Shown: piece after piece, positions 9,744 to 19,834 of the stretch
How positions within the stretch are numbered: the first letter of the stretch is position 1
Layout of the letters: each line of letters opens with the position of its first letter
Virus record (IMG/VR): IMGVR_UViG_3300026484_000007
Span: 124,001-188,000 of that record
Length of the DNA: 64,000 nucleotides
Reading direction: 5' to 3' (one strand)
Position numbers and translations under genes: made by a program
Notes under the pieces: generated by a model
Database searches by the model: none
What the model was told of the DNA's origin: nothing
Seen by the model: the letters and a program-made list of their open reading frames with translations, nothing else

Positions 9744-9981
9744 TCTTTCCTCCTTTAATGTATTCAATAATATTTTTTTCGTATTTTTTAACTACATAAA
9801 CTACGCCAATTATTACAGCAAATAACCAAGAACCTACAATACTTAAAAAAAGCATTAATATAAATTCTTCTCTGATATCAGCTGCCGATTTATACTCAAT
9901 AATCTCACTTGATCTCATGAACTCAATACTTATATACAACGCTGCAATTGAACCAATAATCCATAATATAAAAAATAACAT
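9730..9981 (-). CDS. small membrane protein
   Basis: Two TM segments. Confidence 0.65.
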   Translation of the reverse strand: MLFFILWIIGSIAALYISIEFMRSSEIIEYKSAADIREEFILMLFLSIVGSWLFAVIIGVVYVVKKYEKNIIEYIKGGKNEKQ

Positions 9982-9983
9982 TT

Positions 9984-10325
9984 TTAATCCTTTAAATTTT
10001 CATATCTATCTATAATACCATAAATTACGCCTCTGTTGCAATTATATTTCTTAGCTAAAGCTGTAATTGTATAATAAGGAAGTTCTTTTAATATTTTTAA
10101 TTCTTCTTCTTTAGAAAATAATCTTTTTTTGCATTTCTGACAATATCTATTACCTTGATGTAAAAGATTATTTGATGAACAGTAAGTAATACTTTCACAT
10201 CTTTCACAAAAACATTTCCAAATAGAAGTTTTATTTTTTGGAGGTTTTTTTATTTCCTCCGGATTTGCTTTTTCAATTACGCGCAAGCTCCCGAATTTTT
10301 TACCTGTAAGATCTATTAATTTCAT
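9984..10325 (-). CDS. Zn-binding DNA-binding protein (HNH/AP2-associated N-domain plus HTH)
   Basis: DLTGKKFGSLRVI...WKCFCERC...CQKC and a C-terminal HTH; no nuclease motif seen. Confidence 0.6.
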   Translation of the reverse strand: MKLIDLTGKKFGSLRVIEKANPEEIKKPPKNKTSIWKCFCERCESITYCSSNNLLHQGNRYCQKCKKRLFSKEEELKILKELPYYTITALAKKYNCNRGVIYGIIDRYENLKD

Positions 10326-10345
10326 CCATTCTCCTTTTTTAATTT

Positions 10346-10846
10346 TTATAACAATTCAATTTCTTTTAATTTTTCAACCGTTTTATTTATGGCTTTTCCT
10401 AATAAATTTTGACCTTTCCAATTTTTTGGATTTTCGATCTTTTTGGATTTCCAATGAATGCCTACGCCCCATATTCTATCATATGGAGAACCTTCTACAA
10501 AAATACAATCTTGGTATTTTTTAAGTATTTCCAACAATTCTGGATTTTGCTTAAATTTATGAAAGTTTCCTGTCGTTACAATTTCAAATTTATTTTCATC
10601 CCAGATTTTTTGATCAAAATTTTTAACCTTTCTCCCAAGAGATTTTGCTTCTTTTGGATTATTTGAGTTTAGAATTTTTTCAGCCATTTCTTCATCTTCA
10701 AATAATTTTGCTTTCATAAACATCATATAATGCTCTGCTGAATAAAATTGTTTTCCGTATACTTCAAAACCATATAAACTCCACTGAGAAAATACTCCTC
10801 CCCAAAATGCTAAATATTTTTTTTCATTATTTATAAAAACTCTCAT
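10346..10846 (-). CDS. NADAR (YbiA-like) family protein
   Basis: FSQW, SAEHYMM, LGRKVKNFD, EGSPYDRIWGVG, GQNLLG. Confidence 0.92.
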   Translation of the reverse strand: MRVFINNEKKYLAFWGGVFSQWSLYGFEVYGKQFYSAEHYMMFMKAKLFEDEEMAEKILNSNNPKEAKSLGRKVKNFDQKIWDENKFEIVTTGNFHKFKQNPELLEILKKYQDCIFVEGSPYDRIWGVGIHWKSKKIENPKNWKGQNLLGKAINKTVEKLKEIELL

Positions 10847-10930
10847 TATATCTCCTTAATTTTTACAAAGATCTTTTTTAGATACGATCTAAAATAGAAC
10901 ACTAATAAAGTGTTCTTTTTTTAAATAACA

Positions 10931-12343
10931 TTAAATTTTTTTTCTAATATCTTCAAGAGAATATTCTTTTTGAATTTTACCATTTAAAAATACAGTTTCC
11001 ATCGCTGGAATTAAATTTTTATCATCAATACCTGGAATTGGATTTTGAAGACAAATTAATTTACCATTTTTATCTTTATAAACTTCAAGATAACCTTTTA
11101 ATGATTTTTTTCCAGAATCCGTAATTGGATCTTTAAAAACATCATGTCCTTTAATCTCGTTATTTTCTAAAGTTTCGATGTAACTGCATTTGCAAGCAAA
11201 ACTATAAGTATCTCTTGTTAATCCTGTTTGACCAATGTAAGTTCCTGATCCGAATACAAAAGTCTCAGCCGCTATTAATGGTAAATCTTTATATCCTTTT
11301 ACTGTAAAAGTTTCAAGAATATTTTTAATAGTATCTTTATTGATTCCATCTCCCCAAAGAATACCATATTTTGATGAAAAATATTTACTATTTGAAAATT
11401 GATCAAATACTCCATTAACAAGCATGATTTTTAGCATTTTCCCAAGAACTTCAATTGGATCCCCACTGTCTGGTCTAATTACTAATTTTTGATTAGGTCT
11501 TTCACTTAGAAGTTTTCTAATTTTACCAGATGGATTAGTAACCATATCTGTAAATTTAAACACATCATAACTATCGGCTACAAAGCTCATAATTGGTGCG
11601 TTTGGGTTTTCAAGAAGCATTCTATAAACAAATTCTTCTTCTCCATCGATCGAAGCGTTCGCTGTCGTGGTTGAATGTTCAGTAGCAAATACACTATATG
11701 AGCTAATTTTTTCATGGTAATAATCTCTACAAAATTTTAAACTGTGAAAATTATCAGTACCAAGAAAAATAGTATTATGCGCAAATCCAGAGATTGCTGC
11801 GCTTTCCACTGATGTCATACTTCTATCTCCGAAATTATGATAAGCAAATTTTGCCCATTCTGGGTCCCCGTATTTACAAAGCATATCATATACTTCTTTT
11901 GATTTCGTAGCTACTGTCGTTGGATACCACACTTTCATTAAAAGTGTTTCTACAAATCCTACTACCCACGGTACTTTTTTATCAGTACTTTCGATTAATA
12001 CCATTGGTATTTGAGCTGGAACCGCAGTTCCTTCTGGAAGAGCTTTAATTTTTATAGGTAATTTTCCATCAAGCTCTTCTGCTATATATTTCCATCCTTC
12101 ATAAGGAAATGATATCCCATGAAGATCTGCAAATTCTTTTGCTTCTTCAATCATTTCTATAGTAATTTTTTGACTTAAATATTCTTTAAGAATATATTGA
12201 AGCCCTACAAAAATCACTTCTCCATTATTATCCTGTACTCTTCTCGCTGTAAGATAATCTTGCATAAATACCATATTTTTTGGATATTGAAATGCGTGTC
12301 CATATTTATAACTATCTCCTAACATTACTACATTTACTTTCAT
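10931..12343 (-). CDS. nadV: nicotinamide phosphoribosyltransferase
   Basis: DSYK, HNFGDR, ATEHS, DSYD, IRPDSGDP, KDPITDSGKKS. Confidence 0.93.
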   Translation of the reverse strand: MKVNVVMLGDSYKYGHAFQYPKNMVFMQDYLTARRVQDNNGEVIFVGLQYILKEYLSQKITIEMIEEAKEFADLHGISFPYEGWKYIAEELDGKLPIKIKALPEGTAVPAQIPMVLIESTDKKVPWVVGFVETLLMKVWYPTTVATKSKEVYDMLCKYGDPEWAKFAYHNFGDRSMTSVESAAISGFAHNTIFLGTDNFHSLKFCRDYYHEKISSYSVFATEHSTTTANASIDGEEEFVYRMLLENPNAPIMSFVADSYDVFKFTDMVTNPSGKIRKLLSERPNQKLVIRPDSGDPIEVLGKMLKIMLVNGVFDQFSNSKYFSSKYGILWGDGINKDTIKNILETFTVKGYKDLPLIAAETFVFGSGTYIGQTGLTRDTYSFACKCSYIETLENNEIKGHDVFKDPITDSGKKSLKGYLEVYKDKNGKLICLQNPIPGIDDKNLIPAMETVFLNGKIQKEYSLEDIRKKI

Positions 12344-12382
12344 TTTTTCTCCTTTGATTGTATTTTGATTGTTTTTATAATA

Positions 12383-13477
12383 TTATAATATATTTGAAAA
12401 TTCTAAAATGATCTCTCTATGATCATCAAAAAATTTTATATAACTTCCGTCAAATGTTCTGTTTTCAATATCTTTAATTCTAATAAATTCAATTGATTCG
12501 GCATCATCAGATGCTTTAGCCACGTTCTTAATTTTTTTAATTATTTGAGAATTATTGATTTTAACTCCATGAACTATCGATAATCTTCTTCCATAAAGAC
12601 TTCTTTTTGGATGATCAAAAACCATTTTTTTATTTATTTTATCAATATATTCAGAGTATTCTGATAAATCAATTCCTGTTTCTTCTTTTAATTCTCTCAG
12701 CGCTCCAGTTAATGAATTCTCGTTATTATTTAAAAATCCTCCTGGTAATGCATGTGCATCTTTTCCTGGATTATATTTTCTTTTAATACAAAGAACTTCA
12801 TCTTGCAAAAATAATACAAAATCCACAGTTACGAAATTTAAAGTTTCCGGATAAGGATAACAAGAAAATTTTAATTTTTCCTGTTCAAGATATTCTTCTT
12901 CGGATTTTAAAAATCCTTGAAGTTCGTCGTATCTATCCATAATAACATTCATAGTGCTTTCTGGTATAAATTTAACCATATGCTCTTCGAAAACTTCTTT
13001 TCTTAAATAACTCAATTTTTCTCTGATATCTATACTCGAAAGATTATCATGTTTATTATCAACATGTGACATATTAAATGATGGAAATAAATTTAAATAA
13101 TATGAACTTTCATCTTTATTATGTCCATATAGATAAATATTTTCATCAGATATATCATTATTAAAAGAATACGAATAAATCTCGTCGCAAATCGTTTCGC
13201 GAACATTTTCAGCCCATTTATTATCATTGCACAAATAATCAGGAATTGATATTATCTTTATTTTCTCTTGAATTTTTTCATCAAAAGAATTAATGATCAT
13301 TTCTCTGATTTCAGTGAATTTAAATGGATTTTTATAACTTAAATGTCTATCACCACTTCCTACTAAAATTAATATGTAATCCATATTATCTTCTATCATT
13401 TCATTTATGATCTCTTTATGAGCATTATGGAATGGTTGAAATCTTCCAATCAATACTCCTAATTTTTCTTTTTTCAT
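12383..13477 (-). CDS. nadM: bifunctional NMN adenylyltransferase / Nudix hydrolase
   Basis: GRFQPFHNAH and Nudix box GG...ALRELKEETG. Confidence 0.92.
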   Translation of the reverse strand: MKKEKLGVLIGRFQPFHNAHKEIINEMIEDNMDYILILVGSGDRHLSYKNPFKFTEIREMIINSFDEKIQEKIKIISIPDYLCNDNKWAENVRETICDEIYSYSFNNDISDENIYLYGHNKDESSYYLNLFPSFNMSHVDNKHDNLSSIDIREKLSYLRKEVFEEHMVKFIPESTMNVIMDRYDELQGFLKSEEEYLEQEKLKFSCYPYPETLNFVTVDFVLFLQDEVLCIKRKYNPGKDAHALPGGFLNNNENSLTGALRELKEETGIDLSEYSEYIDKINKKMVFDHPKRSLYGRRLSIVHGVKINNSQIIKKIKNVAKASDDAESIEFIRIKDIENRTFDGSYIKFFDDHREIILEFSNIL

Positions 13478-13917
13478 TCATTCTCCTTTATATACTGAAG
13501 TAAAAAATTACAAAACTTTAAATAGTTTAATAAATCTGGAAAATATAAATTAATCTTATTAGTAACGTATTTCGACTCAGTTTTAAATTCTAATTCAATT
13601 GAAAATATTTCTTCATAAGCATAATAAGATTTTTGCTCTGTTATAAATTTAAAATATTTTTGAATTTTTTCATCCGTCTGATCATCTGCAGAACGCTCAA
13701 TTTTGTCTTTTAATTTATTAAAATTGATTATTTCTGTTATAAATTTCTTATCTTTTAGATCGTTTAAATTCAGATTAATTTCTAAATTTTTTTCTCGATC
13801 CGAATATGATTTCGTACTATTCGTATTAAAAATTAAAATTTTCAATAAATTTTGATTTAAATCAAATTCGTATTGGCATTTTTTTCTTAATGATTTCAAT
13901 CCATTGACTATATACAT
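13474..13917 (-). CDS. hypothetical protein
   Basis: SD-preceded ATG at 13917; the longer ORF-track start reads through a repeat element. Confidence 0.65.
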   Translation of the reverse strand: MYIVNGLKSLRKKCQYEFDLNQNLLKILIFNTNSTKSYSDREKNLEINLNLNDLKDKKFITEIINFNKLKDKIERSADDQTDEKIQKYFKFITEQKSYYAYEEIFSIELEFKTESKYVTNKINLYFPDLLNYLKFCNFLLQYIKENE

Positions 13918-13970
13918 TCTTTCTCCTTTTTTTAATTTTTTAAATTTTTTAAATTTTTTAAATTTTTTTT

Positions 13971-14104
13971 TGAAAACTCGTGATCCTAAAACGTTGCGCT
14001 TCATTGGATACACAAAGATATATACGAGTTCTAAAAATTTTAGAACTGCTTTTATATCGCTTGTATCTAAAAAAGATGCTACGTAGAAAATCAAGTTTTT
14101 CAAA
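13971..14104. repeat. ~130-bp imperfect palindrome, copy 1
   Basis: Centre GTTCTAAAA-A-TTTTAGAAC with complementary arms; other copies at 23947, 31661 and (half) 62256. Confidence 0.85.
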
Positions 14105-14168
14105 GTTTTTTCTATAGATTTTTAGATTTTTTCTAACGACAAAAAAAGTGATCCAAAGAGGATCATTT

Positions 14169-14378
14169 TTAAAAAGGAGATTGAGAAGATCCAACCGAAT
14201 CAATTTTATTATAATTCGATGAATCATTTGATTCAGTTGTATCTAAAGTAGACATAATTCCTACAAGCACCGTGATCGATATTAATAAAAATAAAAAGAT
14301 CACAATACCTTTTGTACTTTTTGTAGATTGCTCCCACATAGTTTTTAAATTTAAATTTTCAGTTTGATTCATTTTCAT
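14169..14378 (-). CDS. small membrane protein
   Basis: One TM segment. Confidence 0.6.
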   Translation of the reverse strand: MKMNQTENLNLKTMWEQSTKSTKGIVIFLFLLISITVLVGIMSTLDTTESNDSSNYNKIDSVGSSQSPF

Positions 14379-14607
14379 CTCCTTTTTTTTCTATATTTTT
14401 TCCTTTGATTTCATCATGAATTTTTTGTAATTTTTTAAATAAGATTAAACCGATTAAAAAGATAGATAAAATTATTATATCGTAAAAGCTTTCCATCTCA
14501 GTTCTTTCTGAAAATATTCCTCTGAATAAAAAGATTATAATTACTAAATTCAGGTATACTGATACAACTATATCTTCTGTGATTTTTATTTTTTTAAAAA
14601 AATTCAT
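14359..14607 (-). CDS. small membrane protein
   Basis: Two TM segments. Confidence 0.6.
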   Translation of the reverse strand: MNFFKKIKITEDIVVSVYLNLVIIIFLFRGIFSERTEMESFYDIIILSIFLIGLILFKKLQKIHDEIKGKNIEKKGDENESN

Positions 14608-14608
14608 T

Positions 14609-15400
14609 TTATTCTCCTTTATCTTCTATCTCTCCTGCAATATTTTCAAGAGAAGATGTAATTTCATTAAATTCTTTTTCAATTGCGTTCGTCGCTTCTT
14701 TGACTAATAATTCATTTAGGAATTTATCTTTATCGTTTTCTAAGAATGTTATAATATCCTTAGTATCCCTAATGAATTCATCTTTTTCCTTAAGAATAGT
14801 TACTTGAATATCGATTTCCTTTGATTGTTCTTTTGCTTTCGCTAATATTTTTTCAATATTACTTAAAGAATTTTCAAGTCTTGATTTTAAATTGTAATAC
14901 ATGTCTTTAAGCTTCGGTTCTTCCTCATTCGAAATTTTATCTTCATAACTTTTAATTTTACTTTGTGCTTTTTTTCTAAGTAACTTAATCTTTTCCATTT
15001 CATCTCTTAAAATTAATCTATAATTTTCAAGAGTCTCGATTTTTTTCTGTCTAGCTTCTTGAAGTAATTTCGTCATAGCGTGATTAGCAATTTTTCTTCT
15101 TATTACTGGATCATACGCTAAAATTGTTTTTATTCCATAAAAACTCAAAACTGAAAATACAGCGAGAACTGCTAAAGCAGTTACCCCTGAAATTATTTGA
15201 GCTGAATATGTTGCTGCTAGAAATAAACTACCTCCAGCTAAACCTAAAACGATTAACCATTTTTTTAAAGTTCCAGGTTTTGAAACTTCTTCGATCGCTT
15301 GTTGATACTTATTATCAATAGATGATAATGATGGAAGATTTGAAAGTGTGCTTTTGCTTTCCGCTAAAGTTGTTCCGTCGTCTGTTTCTATAATTGTCAT
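14609..15400 (-). CDS. membrane-anchored coiled-coil protein
   Basis: Two TM segments then a long coiled coil; SD-preceded ATG at 15400. Confidence 0.7.
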   Translation of the reverse strand: MTIIETDDGTTLAESKSTLSNLPSLSSIDNKYQQAIEEVSKPGTLKKWLIVLGLAGGSLFLAATYSAQIISGVTALAVLAVFSVLSFYGIKTILAYDPVIRRKIANHAMTKLLQEARQKKIETLENYRLILRDEMEKIKLLRKKAQSKIKSYEDKISNEEEPKLKDMYYNLKSRLENSLSNIEKILAKAKEQSKEIDIQVTILKEKDEFIRDTKDIITFLENDKDKFLNELLVKEATNAIEKEFNEITSSLENIAGEIEDKGE

Positions 15401-15493
15401 GATTTTCTCCTTTTTATTTATTTCTTTATTTATTTTTTTATCTATTAATTTTTCGCATTGAGCTTCAAATAAATCAGCCATGATTTATCTTTT

Positions 15494-15766
15494 TTATTTA
15501 ACTAACTTTTTATTTTTTTCAAAATCCTCTTTAGATTCTTTAATACACGACATAGTAGGACTTGTGCTTGTGTTTGATCTTAAAAACACAACGCAATGCA
15601 TCCTTGGATATCCTTGAGTATCAAATTCGTATACTCTTGGATTTCTACCACTTGTATCTACTGTATACCCAATACTTGGGATTTCTTTTTTAAATAAACT
15701 ACTTACCCAATTCCAATCAGCCATTACAGCAGTCGCTGCTAATCCAATTAATAGTAATTTTTTCAT
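15494..15766 (-). CDS. secreted hypothetical protein
   Basis: Signal peptide MKKLLLIGLAATAVMA. Confidence 0.7.
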   Translation of the reverse strand: MKKLLLIGLAATAVMADWNWVSSLFKKEIPSIGYTVDTSGRNPRVYEFDTQGYPRMHCVVFLRSNTSTSPTMSCIKESKEDFEKNKKLVK

Positions 15767-15789
15767 TTTTTCTCCTTTTATATTTTATT

Positions 15790-16233
15790 TTATATTTTAT
15801 CGATTTCTTTGATTACTGCTGAATACACGTTACTAGTTTTAAAAACAGAATCTTTATTCCAGTATTCGATAATACCAGAATCTTTATTTGCATAAATTGT
15901 GCAATCATTACCACAACTTTTTCTAATTTCTTCAACTTTTTTATCAAAGTAATCATTCCATAAATTATTTAATTTTTCTTCAGCTTCTTCTTTAGAATCA
16001 AATAAAATAATTTTATCTACTACTTCATTTAAACTACCACCTACTACCATCGCATCCCATAAAAAAACAACTGCATATTTCATATTTTCTCCTTTATTTT
16101 TTAATTTATTTTTTTCATCTCTTTCGAAATTATCGTATATTTTATCAACGATATCCATCACTGCGCCAACTTGCTCTTCTGATTTAAAATTAAATTTCGC
16201 ATAAAATAACATTTTTGCTTCTTCTCTTGTCAT
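15790..16233 (-). CDS. hypothetical protein (second SD-preceded ATG at 16083)
   Basis: ORF with two SD-preceded starts. Confidence 0.6.
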   Translation of the reverse strand: MTREEAKMLFYAKFNFKSEEQVGAVMDIVDKIYDNFERDEKNKLKNKGENMKYAVVFLWDAMVVGGSLNEVVDKIILFDSKEEAEEKLNNLWNDYFDKKVEEIRKSCGNDCTIYANKDSGIIEYWNKDSVFKTSNVYSAVIKEIDKI

Positions 16234-16243
16234 TTTAATCTCC

Positions 16244-16444
16244 TTAAAAATTATCTATATAAAAGCTTTTAAAAACTCCAATGAATTGATATCCGAGTCT
16301 TTCTTTTAATTCTTTTATAAAATTTAAAGCAGATTCTTTTGTTTCAAATTCCATTGTCATAAAATCTTTCATTGGGTCATCTGACCCATAAGCAAAACTT
16401 GTTTCAATATATAATACTGACCAGCACTCATCTAAATGTTTCAT
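16244..16444 (-). CDS. hypothetical protein
   Basis: 66-aa ORF with SD. Confidence 0.6.
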   Translation of the reverse strand: MKHLDECWSVLYIETSFAYGSDDPMKDFMTMEFETKESALNFIKELKERLGYQFIGVFKSFYIDNF

Positions 16445-16644
16445 TTTTTCTCCTTTACTTTTTAATTTAATAATTTTAAAAACGGCGCGAATACTGTTAT
16501 AATTATAAGAATTATAAATGTCTTTTTCGCTTGTCTTTTATTAATCTTTTCGATGCTCATTAAAACAATCGTCAGAAAAAATATAATTTCTAAAATTATA
16601 ATTAAGAATTGATAATAATCCATTATTTTCCCCTTCTTTCCTCT

Positions 16645-16872
16645 TTAGATTACATAAGCATCTACTATTTCTATAATTTCATCTTCATCAACGTCTTCAA
16701 TATCTTGATAAGGCATTTCCGTAAAATAATTAGAGTTTACTTTAGCCAATTTTGTCTTCTTTTGATATTCTTTTTCTAATTCATAATACCCGCAAAATTC
16801 ATCATGATGTTTTACAATTACAAGATCTTCTGGTAATTCTTGTAAAACTTTTATTAATTCTTTTATCGTCAT
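16645..16872 (-). CDS. hypothetical phage protein
   Basis: MTIKELIKVLQELPEDL N-terminus, common in phage small proteins. Confidence 0.7.
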   Translation of the reverse strand: MTIKELIKVLQELPEDLVIVKHHDEFCGYYELEKEYQKKTKLAKVNSNYFTEMPYQDIEDVDEDEIIEIVDAYVI

Positions 16873-16902
16873 TTTTTCTCCTTTTGCCTTTCTTACCTTT
16901 TT

Positions 16903-17235
16903 TTACTTTTCAAATTCGATATAACCTTCTTTCCTAATCCATACTTTATCATCTTCGCATCTGCATTGAGTTGGTGTTTGGGTATACACGAATGTGTCCA
17001 TTGGTGAAAAATATATCAATCCATGATAACATATATAAAGCATATCGCGGTATTCAAATTTTTCAGTTTTTTTAAAAAAATTGTTTTTATAATAATAAAT
17101 AATTTTGCTTTTAAAACGACATTCATTTTTACTATATTTTTTATAATCTCCATATACTTTTTCTATTTTATATGGTTTTTCGCCATATAAACTTAACGAC
17201 AAAAAAAGAAGGAGAAGAATTTTAATCTTCATCAT
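16903..17235 (-). CDS. secreted hypothetical protein
   Basis: Signal-peptide-like N-terminus. Confidence 0.6.
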   Translation of the reverse strand: MMKIKILLLLFLSLSLYGEKPYKIEKVYGDYKKYSKNECRFKSKIIYYYKNNFFKKTEKFEYRDMLYICYHGLIYFSPMDTFVYTQTPTQCRCEDDKVWIRKEGYIEFEK

Positions 17236-18160
17236 CTTCTCCTTGTGTTTTATCCCATCCGTTAGTTCTTTGGATTAATGACCATTTATTACTTTCACCA
17301 TCATCGATTAAATCATCAATGTTATTGATAAGGCATTGTTTTACTGCTTTAAGCGCTTCTTTTCTTTTTTTACTTCTATAATTTCTCATGAAAGCAATTG
17401 AAGTAATAGTTACAGTGTTAACGCTTACACTTTTACCTTTAACGATGTAAGTTAATTTTGCTGGTTTATAAAAACTAGCTCTATTTGACAATTCCATTGA
17501 GTTAAATGATAATAACCACCATTTTCCACTAGATAGCATTTTTTGAACTCTTTGATCTCCAGATCCAGTAACTACTATAAGCGGTCCATTTACTTTATGC
17601 GAACTTGCATCCACTATGTTTAAATTTAAACCTAAAAAATAACTTAATGCTTGAGCAGAAACTAATGCTCCACCTTTAGCATAAACAGTTTGATTTTTTA
17701 AACTTCGAATGCTTACTGGTTGTTTATCTCTACTAAATTTCGCAACAATTTTATCAAAAAATCCTCCAGTTGCTTTTGGTTGCCAACCAGTAGGAATTAG
17801 GATAGTTAAATACTCCGGATATAATTTAAACAATTTCTTTGTATTTATATCAATCGTTCCTAACTGATCTTTCTTTTTAAAATAAGCATAAACATCTTCT
17901 TGAATAAATCCAATGCTTGCTTTTTTATTTAAAAGAGCGTTTAAATTAGTTACACTTCCATCGGTGCTTTGATTGATTAATTTATAACCATATTTTTCTT
18001 CAATTTCTTGTCCACAGTAATCCACGATATCTTGAGCTACTGTGTAATAATTTCCTCCTTTTCCACCACTATAAATAACGATATCTTTTTTAGCACTTAA
18101 TGTACTGATACTTAAACTCACTGCCGCTACTAAACCTAATACTTTTTTTACTAAACTCAT
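17222..18160 (-). CDS. TAXI-family (TRAP) solute-binding-like protein
   Basis: Signal peptide, SGGKGGNYY, STDGSVTNL, GFIQED, LYPE. Confidence 0.75.
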   Translation of the reverse strand: MSLVKKVLGLVAAVSLSISTLSAKKDIVIYSGGKGGNYYTVAQDIVDYCGQEIEEKYGYKLINQSTDGSVTNLNALLNKKASIGFIQEDVYAYFKKKDQLGTIDINTKKLFKLYPEYLTILIPTGWQPKATGGFFDKIVAKFSRDKQPVSIRSLKNQTVYAKGGALVSAQALSYFLGLNLNIVDASSHKVNGPLIVVTGSGDQRVQKMLSSGKWWLLSFNSMELSNRASFYKPAKLTYIVKGKSVSVNTVTITSIAFMRNYRSKKRKEALKAVKQCLINNIDDLIDDGESNKWSLIQRTNGWDKTQGEDDED

Positions 18161-18190
18161 TTTTTTCTCCTTTTTAATTTTATTGATTTT

Positions 18191-18442
18191 TTAGCATATT
18201 TTATTAATATATTCTTTAGCAGAATTATACGTTTTGAAATAAATTGGTATTTCATATTTTATAACGATTTTAACATCGTCTCCGTCGATACTGTAGATTG
18301 TATATTGATCAAGATTTTCATCATAATCAATAATGAAATATTCTCTTCTTTTTTTACAAAAATAACGTTTGGTTTGAAAAATTAAATTTTTAAAATATTT
18401 AATTTTCCTTATTATGAATTCAATAATTTCTGATACCTTCAA
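18191..18442 (-). CDS. hypothetical protein
   Basis: 83-aa ORF. Confidence 0.6.
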   Translation of the reverse strand: MKVSEIIEFIIRKIKYFKNLIFQTKRYFCKKRREYFIIDYDENLDQYTIYSIDGDDVKIVIKYEIPIYFKTYNSAKEYINKIC

Positions 18443-19365
18443 TTTTTCTCCTTTAATGTTTTCAATATTTTTTTTCTTAATTCTATTATATTGATCTTTG
18501 AAAGATCAATCCACTCTGGATCATTTGGATCTTTTAAGATTTTATCAAACATGAAATTTACCACAACGTTTTCTTCGTAAGCATAAAGTCTTGCTTTGAT
18601 TTCTGGCGAATATCTTTTAAATAGTCCATTTATATCCTTATTATCTTTTAACGCTGGTTCTTGAATCTTTTTATAAACTGAATCTTTTATCGTTCTCATG
18701 TATTTCCAGAATTTATAGTATTTAGTCTTTAGCTTGAACATGAAAGGACTAACCTTATCTTTTTCTTTAATTACAGCTCCTTCGATATAATTAACCTTAT
18801 CAAAAGGTTTAACTGTATTCAAATTATTTAAAAATTGAGTCAATTCTTGATAATTATTTAAAACTGCTAATTTTTTGGGAGCTCTAATTACAATTTTATC
18901 GTTTTTATCATTCATGTATTTATTGATAAAATGTGATAAAAATAGTTTATATGCTTCATAATCCAATTCAAAATCTATAATATTTCTAACAGCGTCTAAG
19001 AAAACTAATTGAGCTTCATTGTATTCTTCGATATGTGGATCGAATTCTGGCTCAATTACTTCGAATAATAATGTAACATTTTTTTCTAAAAGCATCTCTT
19101 TTAGATCATCATCTAAATATGATTCAATCATATTATGAAATACTTCAGAATATTCACCATTAATGTTTGTCTTCGAACTGATATGAAAATGACTATCGCC
19201 ATTTTTATCAGTAAAAGCTGATAATAAACCTAAATATCCATTTGCTTTTTCAATTGCTTCCAAAGGAAAAATAAATGGATTATTTAAATTCTCTATTCTA
19301 GTATCTTCTCTTTCATTGAGATTAAAAAATTTATGATAACCTCTTGCTACAATTTTTTCAGCCAT
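18439..19365 (-). CDS. RNA ligase (Rnl1-like nucleotidyltransferase)
   Basis: ARGYHKFFN, EKANG (motif I), LFE, EGAVI, FKLK. Confidence 0.8.
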   Translation of the reverse strand: MAEKIVARGYHKFFNLNEREDTRIENLNNPFIFPLEAIEKANGYLGLLSAFTDKNGDSHFHISSKTNINGEYSEVFHNMIESYLDDDLKEMLLEKNVTLLFEVIEPEFDPHIEEYNEAQLVFLDAVRNIIDFELDYEAYKLFLSHFINKYMNDKNDKIVIRAPKKLAVLNNYQELTQFLNNLNTVKPFDKVNYIEGAVIKEKDKVSPFMFKLKTKYYKFWKYMRTIKDSVYKKIQEPALKDNKDINGLFKRYSPEIKARLYAYEENVVVNFMFDKILKDPNDPEWIDLSKINIIELRKKILKTLKEKN

Positions 19366-19420
19366 CTCTTCTCCTTATTTTTTTAATTTATGAATTTTTT
19401 CTAACGACAAAAAAAGTGAT

Positions 19421-19834
19421 CTAAAAAAGATCACATTTTTTAATTTTTACAAAAACTCTTTGAAGTAATTCTTTTTCTTCTTGAGTTCTCATATGACTAT
19501 CTAACCACGGATAAAAATAAATTTTATCATAGTTTTCCGCAGCTGTTGTATGATAAAGTTTTCCATCTTCATCTTGTTGCACTAATACAAAGAAATCAAT
19601 TTTTGGACCAAAAGCTCCAACAAGATCTGAACTATCGATCTTTAAATGATCAAGATCAAATAATGTATAGTAAAGATCTTTCAATTGAGGACTTATGAAT
19701 AAATATTCATTAGTCCCTTTTTTTGGAAATTTTAAATCTAACTCCTTAATGATCTTTTTAAGATCATTAATATCATGTTGTAGATTTAATAATTTTTTAT
19801 TTTCATTTTCTTTCGCTTGACTTGTTTGACTCAT
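19421..19834 (-). CDS. hypothetical protein
   Basis: 137-aa ORF. Confidence 0.65.
   Translation of the reverse strand: MSQTSQAKENENKKLLNLQHDINDLKKIIKELDLKFPKKGTNEYLFISPQLKDLYYTLFDLDHLKIDSSDLVGAFGPKIDFFVLVQQDEDGKLYHTTAAENYDKIYFYPWLDSHMRTQEEKELLQRVFVKIKKCDLF

Noticed and set aside
9984-10325. Homing endonuclease or mobile element
   Set aside because: Only the accessory Zn/DNA-binding module is present, with no HNH or GIY-YIG catalytic motif.
13918-14227. N-terminal extension of ORF 13474-14103 and ORF 13958-14227
   Set aside because: Both read through the dispersed palindrome and a KKF repeat; the better start is the SD-preceded ATG at 13917.
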